Source of the DNA: Carcharhinus amblyrhynchos
Taxonomy: Eukaryota
Reading direction: 5' to 3'
Length of the DNA stretch: 64,000 nt
Assembly: GCA_965287045.1 (NCBI GenBank)
Contig: OZ336885.1
Location: 63,488,001 to 63,552,000 of the forward strand
The stretch's first letter is position 1, and each line of letters begins with the position of its first letter. Below, piece by piece: positions 50,290 through 64,000 of the stretch. Both the position numbers and the translations under genes were made by a program. The notes under the pieces were generated by a model, which was not told where the DNA came from, searched no databases, and worked only from the letters and a program-made list of their open reading frames with translations.

Positions 50290-51885
50290 TAGGGTATATA
50301 CGCAGAAGTTTACCATTCTCTTCCCTAGCCTCTTAGGGAATCCTAAGATAAATCCCATCCGGACCAGGGGAATTAAATATTTTCACACTTTCCAGATTTG
50401 CTAACACCTCCTCCTTATGAACCTCAATTCCATCTAGTCTAATAGCCTGTATCGCAGTATTCACCTCGACAACATTCTTTTTCTGTGAAAACTGACAAAA
50501 AATATTCATATACGGTTTCTGCTACCTCTTCAGACTCCACACACAACTTCCCACGAGTGTCCTTGACTGGCCCTGATCTTACCTTTGTCATTCTTTTATT
50601 ACTGGTATACCTACAGAAATGTTAGTGTTTTCTTTGATTCTACATGCCAAAGACTTCTCTTTCCCCCCTTCCCCTCCCACCCCCTCACCTCCCACCACCC
50701 CCATCACCTGCTCTTCTTAGCTCTCTCTTTAGGTTATTCCTGGCTAACTTGTTACTTTCAAACTCCTTAACTGAGCCTTCACGTTTCATCTCGACGTAAT
50801 TCTCCCTCTTCCTCTTCACAAGCGATTCAAATTATTAAGTAATCCACCGTTCCCTCGTTTAATTACCCCGAGGTACTTACTTATCAAGGACACACAGTAG
50901 CTTTTCCTGAAACAAGCTCCACATTTCAATTGTGCCCATCGCCTGCCGTTTCCTTCCTCGCCCTATGCATACTAAATCTCATCTAATGACAACATAATTT
51001 CCTATAACTCGTGCCCTGTGGTAATTACTATCCCTTTCCAACTCCAATGTAAACGTAACTGAATTGTGGTCATTATCACCAAAGTGTTCACCTATCTCCA
51101 ACCCTAAAATCTGGTCTGGTTATTACCAAGTACAAAATCCAAATAAACCTCATCTCTTGTTAACATATCTACATGTTGTGTCAGGAAACTCTCTTGCACA
51201 CAACGGACAAAAACTGACCCATCTAAAGCACTCAAATTATAGTTTTTGTTTCAGTCACTATTTCCCTAACACCGACCCCAAGGAGCTGGAATTCCGTGCA
51301 CTTCATGCAAGTGTATTCACTAGGAACACGAATGGCGTCCATCACCCCGAGCATCCTACAGGAGGAATATTGCACTGCCTGCACTGCCATCCCTACTAAA
51401 TTCCCTTACTACGAAGCGAAAGAGAAAAATAGGGAAAAAAAACTGATCTGCTCTCACGCCACGATTTTTTTTTTGTTGTTCTCGTTAGAGGTGGGAGAGT
51501 CCACACGTGTAGTGTGTCGGATTCCACCCCCTCCCCCCCCCCCCCCCCCACCGCTCCGTTCAAACTTACTGGGCAAAAAAAAAATTCCCTGGTCTCCCTA
51601 GTGCCTACTTCCGGTACTCTAGGAAATCTCCGAAGAAAAGGAAAGTTAAGAATCAACACGCCTACGTATCAACTGTCCTCATAACAATCGCCTCTCTGCC
51701 TGTTCCCCTTGAATAATGAGGTCTAAACCTCGAAGTAACTTTTTTTTTGAACGAAAAACTTCCCAGGTCTCCCAAGGTCCTACTTCTGGTTGTCTACATA
51801 AAACTCCGAAAAAAAAAGTAAGTTAAGAATCAATACTCTTACCTATCAGCTCTCCTCAAAAGAGCCACCCCTCTGCCTGCTCCGC
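50290..51885 (-). mobile_element. CR1 5' part with internal deletion and tandem 5'-UTR repeats
   Basis: ORF1 start at ~51390 on the minus strand (MAVQAVQYSSCRML..EYTCMKC, CR1 zinc-finger-like N-terminus) jumps at ~51255 into ORF2 remnants. Two ~175-bp-period repeats lie upstream. Confidence 0.7.
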
Positions 51886-52380
51886 TGGAACAATCTTGTC
51901 TTTTTGAAGAAAATGCAGACCTTAGATTGTCGCAAAGAGATGTTACAGGTTTCAGTGCATATCCCCGCTAGCTGACCCATGCAAGATCTGCGTGTTCGCC
52001 TAGGTACACCATATGGCCTGTTGCTTTCTGTGGGTTGACTCTCAAAAAAGCTGCTCTGACATCTCACTTATAGGTCCATACAGGGCTTCCAGGGTGAAGA
52101 CATCTCGTTCTTAATGGACATAGAATTCATTGTGCTCATCAGCAAGGGGTGCGTTGGAGTTGAGCAATTAATATGTTTTCATCTTGTAGCCTCTATGACT
52201 GGCAGATCTCGCCATAGTCGTAAATAGTTTGCATCGCTAGCCTGTGACTATAGCTTTGCCCGGTACTGTCTTTCAGCATCTGTGATGGATCTCGTTAGAT
52301 CGATCTTGATTTACTTGATATGTGAGGGTCGCCTGACTTAAATGCCTCTGACCTGACTCACCCTGGATCTTGAGAGACAA
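51886..52380 (-). mobile_element. Rex1/Babar internal fragment
   Basis: Minus-strand remnants RSEAFKSGDP and PYGVPRRTRRSCMGQLAGICTETCNISLRQSKVCIFFKKT resemble the Rex1 pre-RT region. Confidence 0.65.
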
Positions 52381-52384
52381 CCTG

Positions 52385-54060
52385 ATGTAGAAATCTGCCA
52401 TGTTATACCTTGTCAAATGCATTGTTAAGGTCCATGCAGGCAGAGTCGAACGTTTTTCCCTCCTCCACGTTCTTGGTTATCCCTTCCACAATCTCAAAGG
52501 AGTTTCGAGGCACGATTTTACACTCACGAAGCTGTGCTGACTGTCCCTAATCAATTCTTGCTCAATTAAATGACTCTTGATCCTGTCTGTCCCTAATCAC
52601 ATTCCTATTAACTTACCAACTACAAACGATATGTTCACTGCTCTTTAGTACCCTTTCTTTTCCTTGCAACCCTTCTTACAGAAGGGTCACATCGTTGCCA
52701 CTCTCCAAACGCCAGGCACTTAACCTGTGGCTGTAGATGGTTGAATGATCTCTCCTCGGGGAACCATAGTTTCACCTCTAGGCTCCCAAAACTTGTTGCA
52801 ATACATTTATTCAGGTCCAGATTTTTTATATAACTTAATGTGTTTCTTGGTTTCCAGCACTTCCTTCTCTGGAATGCCTACAGTGCTCAAGAGATTAGTA
52901 TGCTTTCCCGAAATTCCCAATACCCACACCTTTCTAAACAATAAATACTAATGAGAACTATTCAAGTTGTAGCACGCCCGCCCTTCAGTGCTGCATTCTC
53001 TCTCTGGTGACTCTGTTGCCTTTATGCGTTTGTAAAATATCTTTTGACTCCTCTTTGCCTTGTATGCCAAAGCGAACTCGTGCCCCCGCTGCCCTAATAA
53101 TTTATCTCTTCACTCTACTCTGATGTCCGCTCTATCCTTCAAGGAATGCACATAAACACAGATGTTTATGCATGAATTAAGCCGGCAGTCTGTTCTTGAA
53201 TTTGGCTGCAGCGTACTAGTCTTCAATTGTCCCTTACGTTTACTAGCATTCTGGAATGCTTCTTCACTTTGGAATGAATTCTTTTATCCTAAACTTTGGT
53301 TAACACGTTGTTGAAAGACAGTCATTTATCAGACATTCCTTTGCTTGGACACACACTCATCCAATCAACTTTTCAAACTGCATGTTTAATACCATCAAAA
53401 TTGGCCACTATCCAAATGTGGAACTTTAACTTTTGAGCCAGACAGAGCATACTCCACAGCCATCTTTCAACTGATGGACTTATGGTCACTGGTCCAAAGT
53501 AATCCCTCACACACACTTCTGCCATCTACACTACCTTATTTTCAATAAAGAACTCACTTGTTGCAAACACTCCAATCACGCCATCCACATAATGCATGAG
53601 AATTCCTCCTGCCTACACTCAAAACTATTTGCCTCCAAGTCTCTAGTAATATTGCTGTCCCAGTCCGTGTTAGGAATTTTAAAGTCCCTTACTAGGAGCG
53701 CACTATATTTCTTGGAGCTCTATGCATTCCCTTACTTGTTTGCTCCTCAATTTCCCACTGATCCTTTGGGGACCGACAACACAATTCTATCTCAGTGATC
53801 CCACTGCTTTATTTGAAAGTACTATCCATTCATAGTGTGGAGGCGACCAGTTTGCATTGTCCCCTCTCAGAGCTGTTGTGATGTTCTTTTTAAACAAACT
53901 CCAGCTCCTCTCTTGCCTCTTGCTCTATCTTTCCTTTAACATCTATATCCTGAATTATTGACCTGACAGTACTGTCCTTCCCTTAGCCACGTCTCAGTAA
54001 TCTCTATAATGTCCAGTTCCACATACACATGACCTGCTTTGACGTGACTTGACTTGCCTC
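52385..54060 (-). mobile_element. Old degenerate CR1 ORF2 fragment
   Basis: Decayed reverse-orientation CR1 ORF2-like sequence (e.g. CACTCTCCAAACGCCAGGCACTTAACCTGTGGC, TTATGGTCACTGGTCCAAAG). Confidence 0.65.
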
Positions 54061-57000
54061 ACCCATTCTGCCTCATGAATTGAACAACGATCATCATCTC
54101 TCTACATTCACGACAACTGTTCCTGTACCTTCAAAAAAAAAGTTAACTTTTTTACATGCTTCTCCTGTCAACTTGCATAAACCTTAAACACACCAGAAAA
54201 GTCGACAGATACATCTGACACTTTGCATCAATCAACGGCCATTACGCTGTAAATTTACTCGTGCACTTCGCTCAACGGAGCCTCTCTTTACCACGTGAAG
54301 AGACGCAGTATTTTATTTTTCTATTTTTCCATTCTGCCTTCCCAGAATTTTTTTTTCTGGAGTCACCGAAACTGCGACTTTGCGTGTCAATTTTCATTAC
54401 CGTGAAACGAGCTGACATATTTGATTTCTCCTCCAACCTGATATGCTTCTTTTTTTTAGCCTGAAAATCATTTTCCTCATTATGTTCCAGAAAATATGTT
54501 TTACGGTTACCAGTGGAGGATTTCTGTTTTCCCCAATTACTATACCTCACAGGCTGAAACTGTTGCGGGAACATGAACTTTGATGGGCTAACTTGTAAAA
54601 AGCCTGGCAATCTTACTGGCAATCCCGCAGTTTTAACGTTCTGCCCGCCCATGTGATTTCTAATTACTTTGCCAAATAAATATTACTCGCCTCCTAAATA
54701 ACGATTTCAGTGTTAGGATCATGCATTTCATTTATTTTCAAGTCTTGTATCTATTTATCAATTTCACTCTCTTTGAACATTTACAATTCAATGTATGTTT
54801 GACGAACTTCCTTGCCGAGATTTCGAAAGAATTATATGCAGTCGAATGGTATCAGGCTATATGCACTTAAGAGGCGTGGTTTTCTGGCCTCCCACTCCCT
54901 TCAAACAGCTGGCGGGATGCAGCGCATTATTTGTCATTGCTGGTATTCTCTGGTCCTGCCACTGCAAATTGGAATTCAAATTCGCGTCAGTCCTCAACAG
55001 CGGCAAGCTGCAGGCGGGTCGACCTCCAGCACACAGGAGCATTCCGCTGCAAGAGGATTCTGGTGAACGTTTTTTTTTACCTGAGCATTATGTCTAGGCA
55101 TTTATTTTTGGTCGTGCATGAAACAGCTCACTAACTCTCCGTACCAACTTCCTTTGAACAAAAGTACACTTAATTCCACTGTGGTCATTTCATTTACGAA
55201 GCAACTTTCTGGAAAGCATACGAAAAAAAACAACATTCCTCTCATTAAACGTTGGCAAACCATATTTAAACAAAACTAGAATCGTCCTTTGCCGATGATA
55301 AGTTGCTTACCCTCATTATTTAACTGCCAGACTTAATATTTACTTTCCTCATTTAAAGTTGAAATTGATGTTTCATTGTCGTTTCTAATGCTTAAGTTGT
55401 ATTTTTTGTTTGTTTTTTTGTTTGCGTTTACAAAATCGATGGTTTTTTTTGCCGTTTCAGTTACCTGGAATTCAAGCAGTTTCAATCCATTGGCGTGCTG
55501 TTCCCCTCCCGTTTCTGTCCTGTGAAATAAGTCCGTTTCATTTGTCATTGTGTTCTCGTCATTTCCAAGGATTCTGACTTTGCTTCTGGCAATTTTAAAT
55601 GCTGACCTGTCACTGCAACTATCTCCGAAATGCTCATCCCTTCATCAAATGACAGATTAATATAGCTTGCAAATTTCGAAATGTTTGTTTTAATCATTTG
55701 TTGCAAACCATCCCAAGGAAGTGAAACGAAAAATAAAACCATTTAGAAACAAAAATACCCATCCCTTGCCAAGGCATTCGAATTAAAATCATCAACGAGC
55801 AACAACTAAAATGAAAACACAGGTAAACTCTCCAATCACTGTCTTTGAGTTTAGTTTTCCAAAAGCAAACGAGATACGTAGATTCTAATTCTGCGCAGAC
55901 AACCCCCTCAAACATCACCCCATCCCTCCATTTCTGTGGAGAATTCCAGGAATTCTGATTTTTTTTTCCTTTTAAACATTAGCTAACGCCCTAAGTTTAC
56001 TATTTGGTTAGGTCATTTTTGTGAGCATAAGTTCTTCATTCAGAACACCTTCTGGGAAGATTATTTCAATCAATTTTTGTGAAAGAACACGATCAGAATA
56101 CAACAAAATCATCTCCATATATTAACCAATCATGTTATTTAACACAACACATATTTATTGCCAATTATTCCAATTTGCAATATCACTGATAGACAAAACC
56201 CTTCCACTATCATGCGTTCGCATCAAAATATCAGCTTGCTCCGTTATGTTCGATTTCCAAACTTTTGGATTCTGGCCAGAGACCCAGGGAACAGTTTTCA
56301 GAGAATGATATATCCTCGGGTACACTAAACGTTGGGAGTTAATCCAATCTAGCTGTGCCCTGCTTTTGGCAAGCAGAGACAGAAAGGGATGTTTTTGTCT
56401 GAAGTTTCTAAAACAGTCACTCTCAGTGAAACGTCGATTCCCATGGAACAGCATCTCTGAGTAATAGAATTACCTCCTGACGGGATGGGTCTCAGTCTCC
56501 AACTCCAGAGAAGTGAAAAGGGAGACACTCTTCTGTTAGATCACAACATCAGCATATAACCTTGAATCTTCTATCTTTACCCAGTCACATGCTCAAACTG
56601 TGCGATCATCACAATTGAGCCCCACTCTGCAAAATTCAAGAGAAAGATCAAAACGTCGTAACAACATAAGTTCACATTAAGCAATTATGTTACAGCAACA
56701 ATACAGGATGCAGGTTGCAGGTGGGAAGTTCCCAAAGGCATTGAACTGCTTCCGCAGACTCTGAACAACATGTTTCAATTAATTTCCCAATGGAACAGTG
56801 TCTTCATTCATCAGATTCAGCGATGTTCCTCATTTTGTGAGCTCAACAATGATATTTGTCATGTTTTTTTTGCAAGCACAGTAATTCGTTACAACGACGA
56901 TCTTTTCATGTATTGGTAACTGACTTGCCCATTTGTTCTGTGATACGAATTCAAGCTGTATGAATCAGAATAATCTCTGCTCAGTAACCCGACCGAATAT

Positions 57001-57789
57001 ATACTCTTGATCGCAATGTGAATAGTTGTGCTCTTGCACTGCATCTTTCGTAAATCTATAATTCATCGATAGTCCAGCTGGGACTGTTTCAATCTAATAT
57101 TATTTTATTCCTTGTGCTGCACTTCCTGCACCTGATCCCCTCATTACACCAGTATTATTGTTACGCCATGAGGTCATCTCTGCCTGTTGTTGTTTTTTTT
57201 TGTTGCAACATGTTTCGTATTATCATGTAACGATTTTATTTTATATTTCTCCCCAAATTTCAACTTTTGGTCATGAATAAAACTATAATAATATCATGGC
57301 TATCATTAGTGTGACCAATTGGTTCATCATGTTTGGTACGCTATCAAGACAACTTGAAGAATTGATTGTCTTATAACACTTGTTGAGCATCTGTTCATGT
57401 TGAAACTAATTTCAGAAAATACAATGCAGCCGTCATCAGAATTCTTCCATGTTCTCTATTGGCAACATGATTCAAAATAAACTCTAATCATTTTTAGCCA
57501 AGCTGTGCCATCCAAAGACTCACTCTTCTCAGGTCGGATGATGTTCACCACACTCACCCAAAATAAAATGAAAACAATACTCAGTTGCACACAGTTTCAT
57601 GTGCATACATGCAACACCTTTTGCAGCCAACGATCAAATGATCCGTTAATTAGCATTTCATCACTGCCTATTGTAACATCATTTTCTTCAAAACATATCA
57701 CCCGTCGATTTTTTTTTCTCCAAACTGTTCGATTGATGACGCTCCTTCCAACATGCTCATTTAACGATATACATTTTGAAAAGACAGTG

Positions 57790-60480
57790 GCCATAGAATC
57801 ATGGAATCTAGAATACAACAGGGCAGAATAGACCATTCAACCAATTGAGTCTACACGCTTACCTAAAGCCATTTGGCATCACTTGACCTGTAGCCTGTGT
57901 TGTTACGATGTGCCAAGTGCTTATCCAGACACGTTTTTTAAAGAATGTACGGCAAACTATCACTTCCTCCCTCCCTGCCATTGTGTTCCAGACTTTCACC
58001 ACAATTAGGGTAACACATTTTTTCCTCAAATGTCTCCAAATCTCCTGACCCTCTTCTTGAACACACGTTCCGTCGTGAGCGAATGGTCACACAGCAGGAA
58101 TGACTGTTCCTTGTCCAAACTGTCCATATATCATATAATCTTGCAGACTTCGAAATTATTGTTCCACAGTCTTTTTCTGCTCCAATGAAAACAACACAAC
58201 CTAATCCAACCTTTCCACGTAATAAAATCCTCCATCACAAGAAGAATCCTGTGAATGCCCTTTGAACCGCTTCCAATGCAATCATGTTCTTCCCGTGATG
58301 TGTCGAGCACAACTGGTCTCCGTAAAGTTCGACACAAATCTAAGATGTTTTCCTTGTTTTTGCAATCTACGCATCGATTGATAAATCCAAGTGTACCACA
58401 TGCAGGTTTCATCAACCTACTAATGTGTCCTTCCACTTCCAAAGTTCTGTGGACAGTGACGGCAAGGTCGGTTTGTTCCACAGCACTCCCGAGTGTCCTT
58501 ATCATTCATTGACTACCTTATTGTCAAAGTACTCCGATGAAAGTGTTGGGAAAATAACAATCTCATTATTAGATTCCATCTGCCACTTAGCTGTCCGTGT
58601 GTGCATTCAGTTAATGTCTTCTTCTTACCCAAAACACCCCGCCTTACTGTTAATGACAAGATCAAACTTTGAAGAATCTGCGACCTTACGAATCATACTT
58701 CACATAGCCACCAATGTAATTTGCGTACATGGCAAATAATAGTAGGCAGGGGGAATGGGCAACAAAAATTTCTGTGGTCTGTCACAAGAATTGGCTTCCA
58801 CATTTGAAAGCTGCCGTCACCATCTGCCTCCTCCGCTGAGTCTATTTTGAATCTATGTTATTAAATAGCATTCTATCCAACGTGAATTTACCTTTTTTTT
58901 TGCAACTGCCCCATGCCAGAAATTGTCAATAGATTTCCTAGCATCCATATAAATTGTATCAAATGCGACACCCTCAAATATATACCTGGTTAGCTCCTCA
59001 AAAATCAATGAAATGTTTTCGACATGGAATTCCCCTGATGAAGCCTTCCTGAAGATCACTGATCAGATTGCCAAGTGGAGAAATCTCCTCTCCTCCACTC
59101 GTCTCTGAGAAAGTTTCCCTACAACAGACGTGAGATTCTCTGTTCCGTGGAACCCTCGTTTATTTCTACACCGATGTCTGTTTTCTTATCCGCCCGGCAC
59201 TTTCACATTGACCGCAAGGATGTGAACATTAGGCAATCATACATGAAGAATCTTCCATTGAACGCAACGCATCAGGGGTCACATTTCAGCTTGACCTGTA
59301 AGTGTGTTCATTCTTGAGACAGCAAACACTTGAAATACCTATTCCTTTGTTATGTCAATTTGCTCAAGAGCTACAAAGTTTTTTTTTTCGCTTAAATTCC
59401 ATGCCGCTGTCCTCATACATCAACATCTTCCGTTTGCAATCTAATTTTGCCCCATTCGTCCCTAAACGACCTTTTTTTTTTCAGGAAATCCTCTTCACAT
59501 TGATCAACTTAGAACACATTATGTGCTTCCCTATGCCAGAACTTCCTCAAGGTTTCTCTGTGTATTCCTCATTTCTTTATGAAGATGCACCCACACTTTC
59601 TATGCCTCATTAATTGCCCCTCTAATGATGCCCCTTGTACCTTTGAAAGATTTTATTTTCATCGACTCATATAATTCTTACAGTACGGATGGCGGCCACT
59701 CGACACAACGAGTCTATACCGACCACGATCCACCTCCTCCCCCACCCCAGGTCCTATTCCCATAAATCCACATATTTGCTCTGCTGATCCCGCTGACACT
59801 ATTGGCAATTTAACATGTCTAATCAACATAACCCACACATCGTTTGACTGTTGGATGCAACCGGAGCAGCCACATTTGCTTCTCATTAAATCGTGAATAT
59901 CCCTGGTCGTCATGGTTCTCTTGCCCCCGCCCCCCCGCCCCCCCCCCCCCCCACACACACACACACATCACCCATCTATCCCCTGAGAGAAAAAACTATT
60001 GTGCTTGCACACCCCTCATTCTTTTTTTGGAATGCCCCCATTGCATTTCTGCGCGTTTTCTCAGTATCGTCTGATTTCAGTCCAGATTGTCCAGGTCCTG
60101 TCTCATTTTGATAAAACCCGCACTCCCCAAGCAAAAAAAAAGTTTTTGAGGTTTGTCTATTTCCTATTCCAAGCTGTGATTGCTTTGAGTAGAATTCTCC
60201 CCCACTGTCAACTCAACTACCTCCTCATCTTTACTCTCCAGCAGCAGGTCCAGCGCAATCTCTTCCTTTGCTGGACCCTTCACATAATTTTTCTTAACGT
60301 TTGCTGTACACATTTTAAGAAATCTATTCCATCCAAGCCCTTTGCACGATGTATACCTCAGTTAATATTCGGAAAGTTGAAAATCTCCTGATATCCGATT
60401 GTAATCCACAAACTGAACGTACAGGTTTTTTTTTTCTATGCTCAACATCTAATACCTGGAGATCTGTAATAAACACCTGG
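57790..60480 (-). mobile_element. Old degenerate CR1 (3' tail + ORF2 remnants) with a nested SINE remnant at ~59655-59915
   Basis: Tail CATAGAATCATGGAATCTAGAATACAAC at ~57792 and minus-strand remnants LGFINRCVDCKNKENILDLCRTL and FDTIYMDARKSID. Confidence 0.7.
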
Positions 60481-62696
60481 CAGCGCCCAGTTCGGGAAGT
60501 TAACAAATAAAATAATATTTCCCACTTTTGCAGACGTGTCAGATAAAAGCATTGTAGTGAGAAAAGTGCGGGAAAATTTGGGGGGGGGGGGGCGCAGGGG
60601 AAGAGGGGGAGGGTGGATCACACATTTTTTATTGTAAGGCGATTGCAAAGTATCTAATTTTTGGTGAAGAACACTGTGGGGCTCAGCAGATAAATTGTTA
60701 TTACTAGATTCCTTTTAATCACTTCGTGTTGTATTCTTGGCCAAAATCGAAGTGGTAAAGTTTAATAATATAATTTTCACAGCAGCATCATCACTAATTC
60801 AGAAAGGTTCTGACTAATTATCAACGGCGTGTTGTGAACATGTGAACTTGGTGAAGTTTCTCAATGTATGCAATTCCCATTTTCGATGTCATATGAAATT
60901 AAAACATAAGTTTACATAACTGAGTTCCCGAAGCAACGGCTATCATCTATCTCTGTCGTTTTTTTTAAAGTTCGAAATTGTCAACAAAAAAAAATGTTCC
61001 TGACATCAAACTTTCTCCACAATTATGCCATTTTCCAGAGGATACCATAATTTAAAATATGTTACTCTTTCAAATATAGTCAAGGAGAAAGGGATATCGG
61101 AGACATTACCCTACCCATCACCGCAGCAGCACAAACAGTGCACGGGCTTTTTTTTTTCGGTGCAGCAAACAATAGGGTTATTTTTCACAACAAGTTGCAT
61201 ACTTTGCTTATGTTCTGCATTTACTTCATTTAAACTAACTTAAAAAGTATGGACTTTATAAAGGGCAGTCTTTTTTTTACTGTTTCATCTCAGCCAGTAT
61301 GACTCTATTAACCTAATTTCATGTAATGTTTTTTAAAGATTGTGCCCCCTCCCAAATATGACAACGTTCCTTTGCATGCATTGCTGCCTGAAATAATGAA
61401 AATTTATGGATATTGATACATGTGCGATGAGTTAATTATTTACACATGCGGCTTGGAATCAAACATCTTCTATGGCAAGCAAAGATAATAGTTGTCCTTT
61501 GGTTTCCTAGCCCTAACATAACAACAATGGATGAAGACTTAATGACTGTCATTTCTGAACACAACTTTCTATTTATTGATTGAACTGAAACGGTAGCAAG
61601 TGCCATGATGAGGTTTAAGTGCAATCCTAAGACTGAGTCTCTTGATAAGGCGTCAATTAGATTAACAATGTACCTTCAGAAATATCGATGTCAAAAGCAA
61701 CACTTAATATTCCATGAATTGTCTCATGGTGCCAACGTATCTCATCTAATTCTGCTGCAACAAAAGGAAGAGTAACATATATTTTGAGACGACCTATAAA
61801 TGAAATCACAATTCTAATTCCATTTCAATTGAGATCAACACCTGCGTTCTTTTTTGAGCAGACACAGTTGTGTCTTGACTACTGTATTTACAAACATTCA
61901 TATTTTTACAGACATTCAACTGTTCCATGATTATTCTAAAAATGGCAATCACATTTCGATACATAATAAATTATCTGTAAACTCATTGTTGTTTTTGTTG
62001 ATATAATTTTTGCTGTCTCCCTATTTCTGTCTCAAAGCCTACCTTTTCAGGTTAAGTATAGTATTACAAACCTTTCCCATATTACTACCGATGTAGGTAA
62101 AATAATTCATGTTGTTTATAAACAGCTCAAAAACCTGAGCTTGCAATTGTGACACATCAAACTTAGAAATAACCAAATTGACCTTCTATGTCCATGCAAA
62201 CTGTCACATTCCTTTGTAATAAAAAGTTTCTCCACCAAATCTAATAGGCTAATTCCTGTAAAAATACTAACATGCATATTTACGTTCTTTTGACAGCAGG
62301 TTTTTGACAGCTTTTATAAATTTCGCACGAAAACAAATCAATCGATTATCCTTCTTGTGATCACTGTAAGCATATCTTAAACGAATTGTTCAGAAAATTC
62401 TCAAACTATCTGTCTTCTGCAAATCGTGTTTAGCTGCCCTGTGCATATTGTGTGTTTCAGTCTTTGATTTTGAAAACGACTTGCGTTCCCATCATTCCAC
62501 TGATTTTTCTAGTTATCTCACTCTTTTGATACTTGAACAATGTTTTAATTTTTTACAGTTGCAAGTTATGCTGTTTCCAAATGAATGGAATTTTGTAAAG
62601 TTAGCACCAGCACATCCACTATTGCATTTTGACCTACAGACTATAAGTTCAAAGGATGTGTCGAATCTGATACAGTTACGTTTGTCTGGTTTAGCC

Positions 62697-62995
62697 ATGG
62701 TGGCACAATATTTAGTACCACTGCCTCACAGCGCAAGGGGCAGGGATTTGATTCCAGGCTTGGATCACGGTCTGTGTCGTGTCTGCACGTTCTCCCCGTG
62801 GCTGCGTGGCGTCCCCCCCACCCCGCGTAGTCCATTTTCTTCCCACAATCCGAAAAAATGTGCAGGTTAGGACAATTTACCATGTTGAATTCTCCTTCAG
62901 TGTCCCCGAACAGGCGACTGAGGATTTTTCACAGGAGCGTTTTTGCAGTGTTAACATAAGCCTACTTGTGATTAATAAACGAACTTTAAACTTGT
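62697..62995 (+). mobile_element. tRNA-derived V-SINE with alternative 3' tail
   Basis: GGTGGCACAAT..CACTGCCTCACAGCGC..GATTTGATTCC head, V-domain TGCACGTTCTCCCCGTGGCTGCGTGG and tail GCAGTGTTAACATAAGCCTACTTGTGATTAATAAA. Confidence 0.8.
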
Positions 62996-63825
62996 TTGTC
63001 AAGTGCGTTCTTTATCTTTGGCTGTTAATGCATAATACCGTGAGGCTGCGTTGCAGGCATCACGCCCTTTAACTCTGGTATGGAGCTCGTATCTTCCACT
63101 TCCAAATGGAGTAAAAAAAATCCAATGTATCTGCCACTTCCAACTTTGATATGATGGTTTCGCGAATTCCAGTTGATGTTTCCACAAATGGCACAATTCA
63201 CATCTGGTTCATATGCGCACTATAGGTCTGAAAATATTATATCTTGGCTGTAGCATTATTTTGTCAATTCTTTTATGTTTAACAAATGTCTAATATCCCA
63301 TATAATTTGTCTAAATGATTGCAATTCTCAAAAATGTTCTTGTCTACAAGAATTACTTGTGGGTCGAATGACCTGTTTGTGTTGTAGTCTTCTAATATAA
63401 TTATAGTTTAATACTTCATTGTTATTATCCTAATAATAGCGTGCTCATATTCTGGTGTCTGTTGATATAGAATATCTTTTGGAAATAGAGGAAACAGGAT
63501 CACTGATACATCCACTCGATATTAAATTTCCATTTGTATCAACATTACCATTCAAAGAGCAATCGTGTTCCAAGTTAATACTGAGTATTATATTGGAAGA
63601 TTGCTTTTGTTTCCGTATGCATGTAATGAATCCTCACCTGAATCATTAGATATTTTCTTGCGAACTTCAGGTTCTAAGGTGTGAAAGAAGAAAACTACTC
63701 GTGCATTACAGCACAGGAAATATTTTGCATAAAGACGATTTTCCCTTTCAACAAATGTTCATATTATTGACCAAAGTTGTACTGCTTTTAAAAACATAAG
63801 TATATCTCATGTCTCTTGAAATACA

Positions 63826-63826
<1 letters not shown>

Positions 63827-63875
<49 letters not shown>

Positions 63876-63877
63876 CA
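63827..63877. repeat. (AC)n microsatellite, one interruption
   Basis: Direct reading. Confidence 0.95.
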
Positions 63878-64000
63878 ATGTGTGGTAACGGTCATTATTG
63901 GCATTGAAAGTAGGAAGAGGAATGAACATTCTCCCCACCGAAAATATTTTCAAAAGCGAGTTAAACGTCATTGCTTATGCTTTTGTCGTCATAAGTTTAC

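Noticed and set aside
1-64000. Prokaryotic systems (CRISPR arrays, operons, rRNA/tRNA genes)
   Set aside because: The sequence is vertebrate-type repeat-rich DNA with no regularly spaced repeats. The tRNA-like segments are SINE heads.

Overview
This is eukaryotic, repeat-rich, essentially non-coding DNA. It is very probably from a cartilaginous fish (shark/ray), judged from tRNA-headed V-SINEs (HE1-type), a Deu-domain SINE (SacSINE1-type) and many CR1 LINEs. Repeat family names come from recalled consensus similarity, not from a database search. I could not identify any host protein-coding exon. The only long intact ORF (13247-14818) is the RT half of a young, 5'-truncated CR1 ORF2. The most interesting locus is a full-length but frameshifted RTE-clade LINE (37536-41746, 13-bp TSD). 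Its 5' UTR is inverted, which resembles twin priming. That UTR folds into a complete HDV-like ribozyme double pseudoknot (minus strand, 37940->37747), with an unusual extra hairpin in L3 and a predicted cleavage site at the apparent element 5' end. Other structure: a ~1.15-kb inversion shown by two broken transposons (about 7860-9022), a young CR1 inserted beside a Penelope-type hammerhead motif, a 300-bp-arm inverted repeat, and patches of AT-rich DNA with no CpG depletion. Boundaries of old repeats are approximate (about +/-50-100 bp).
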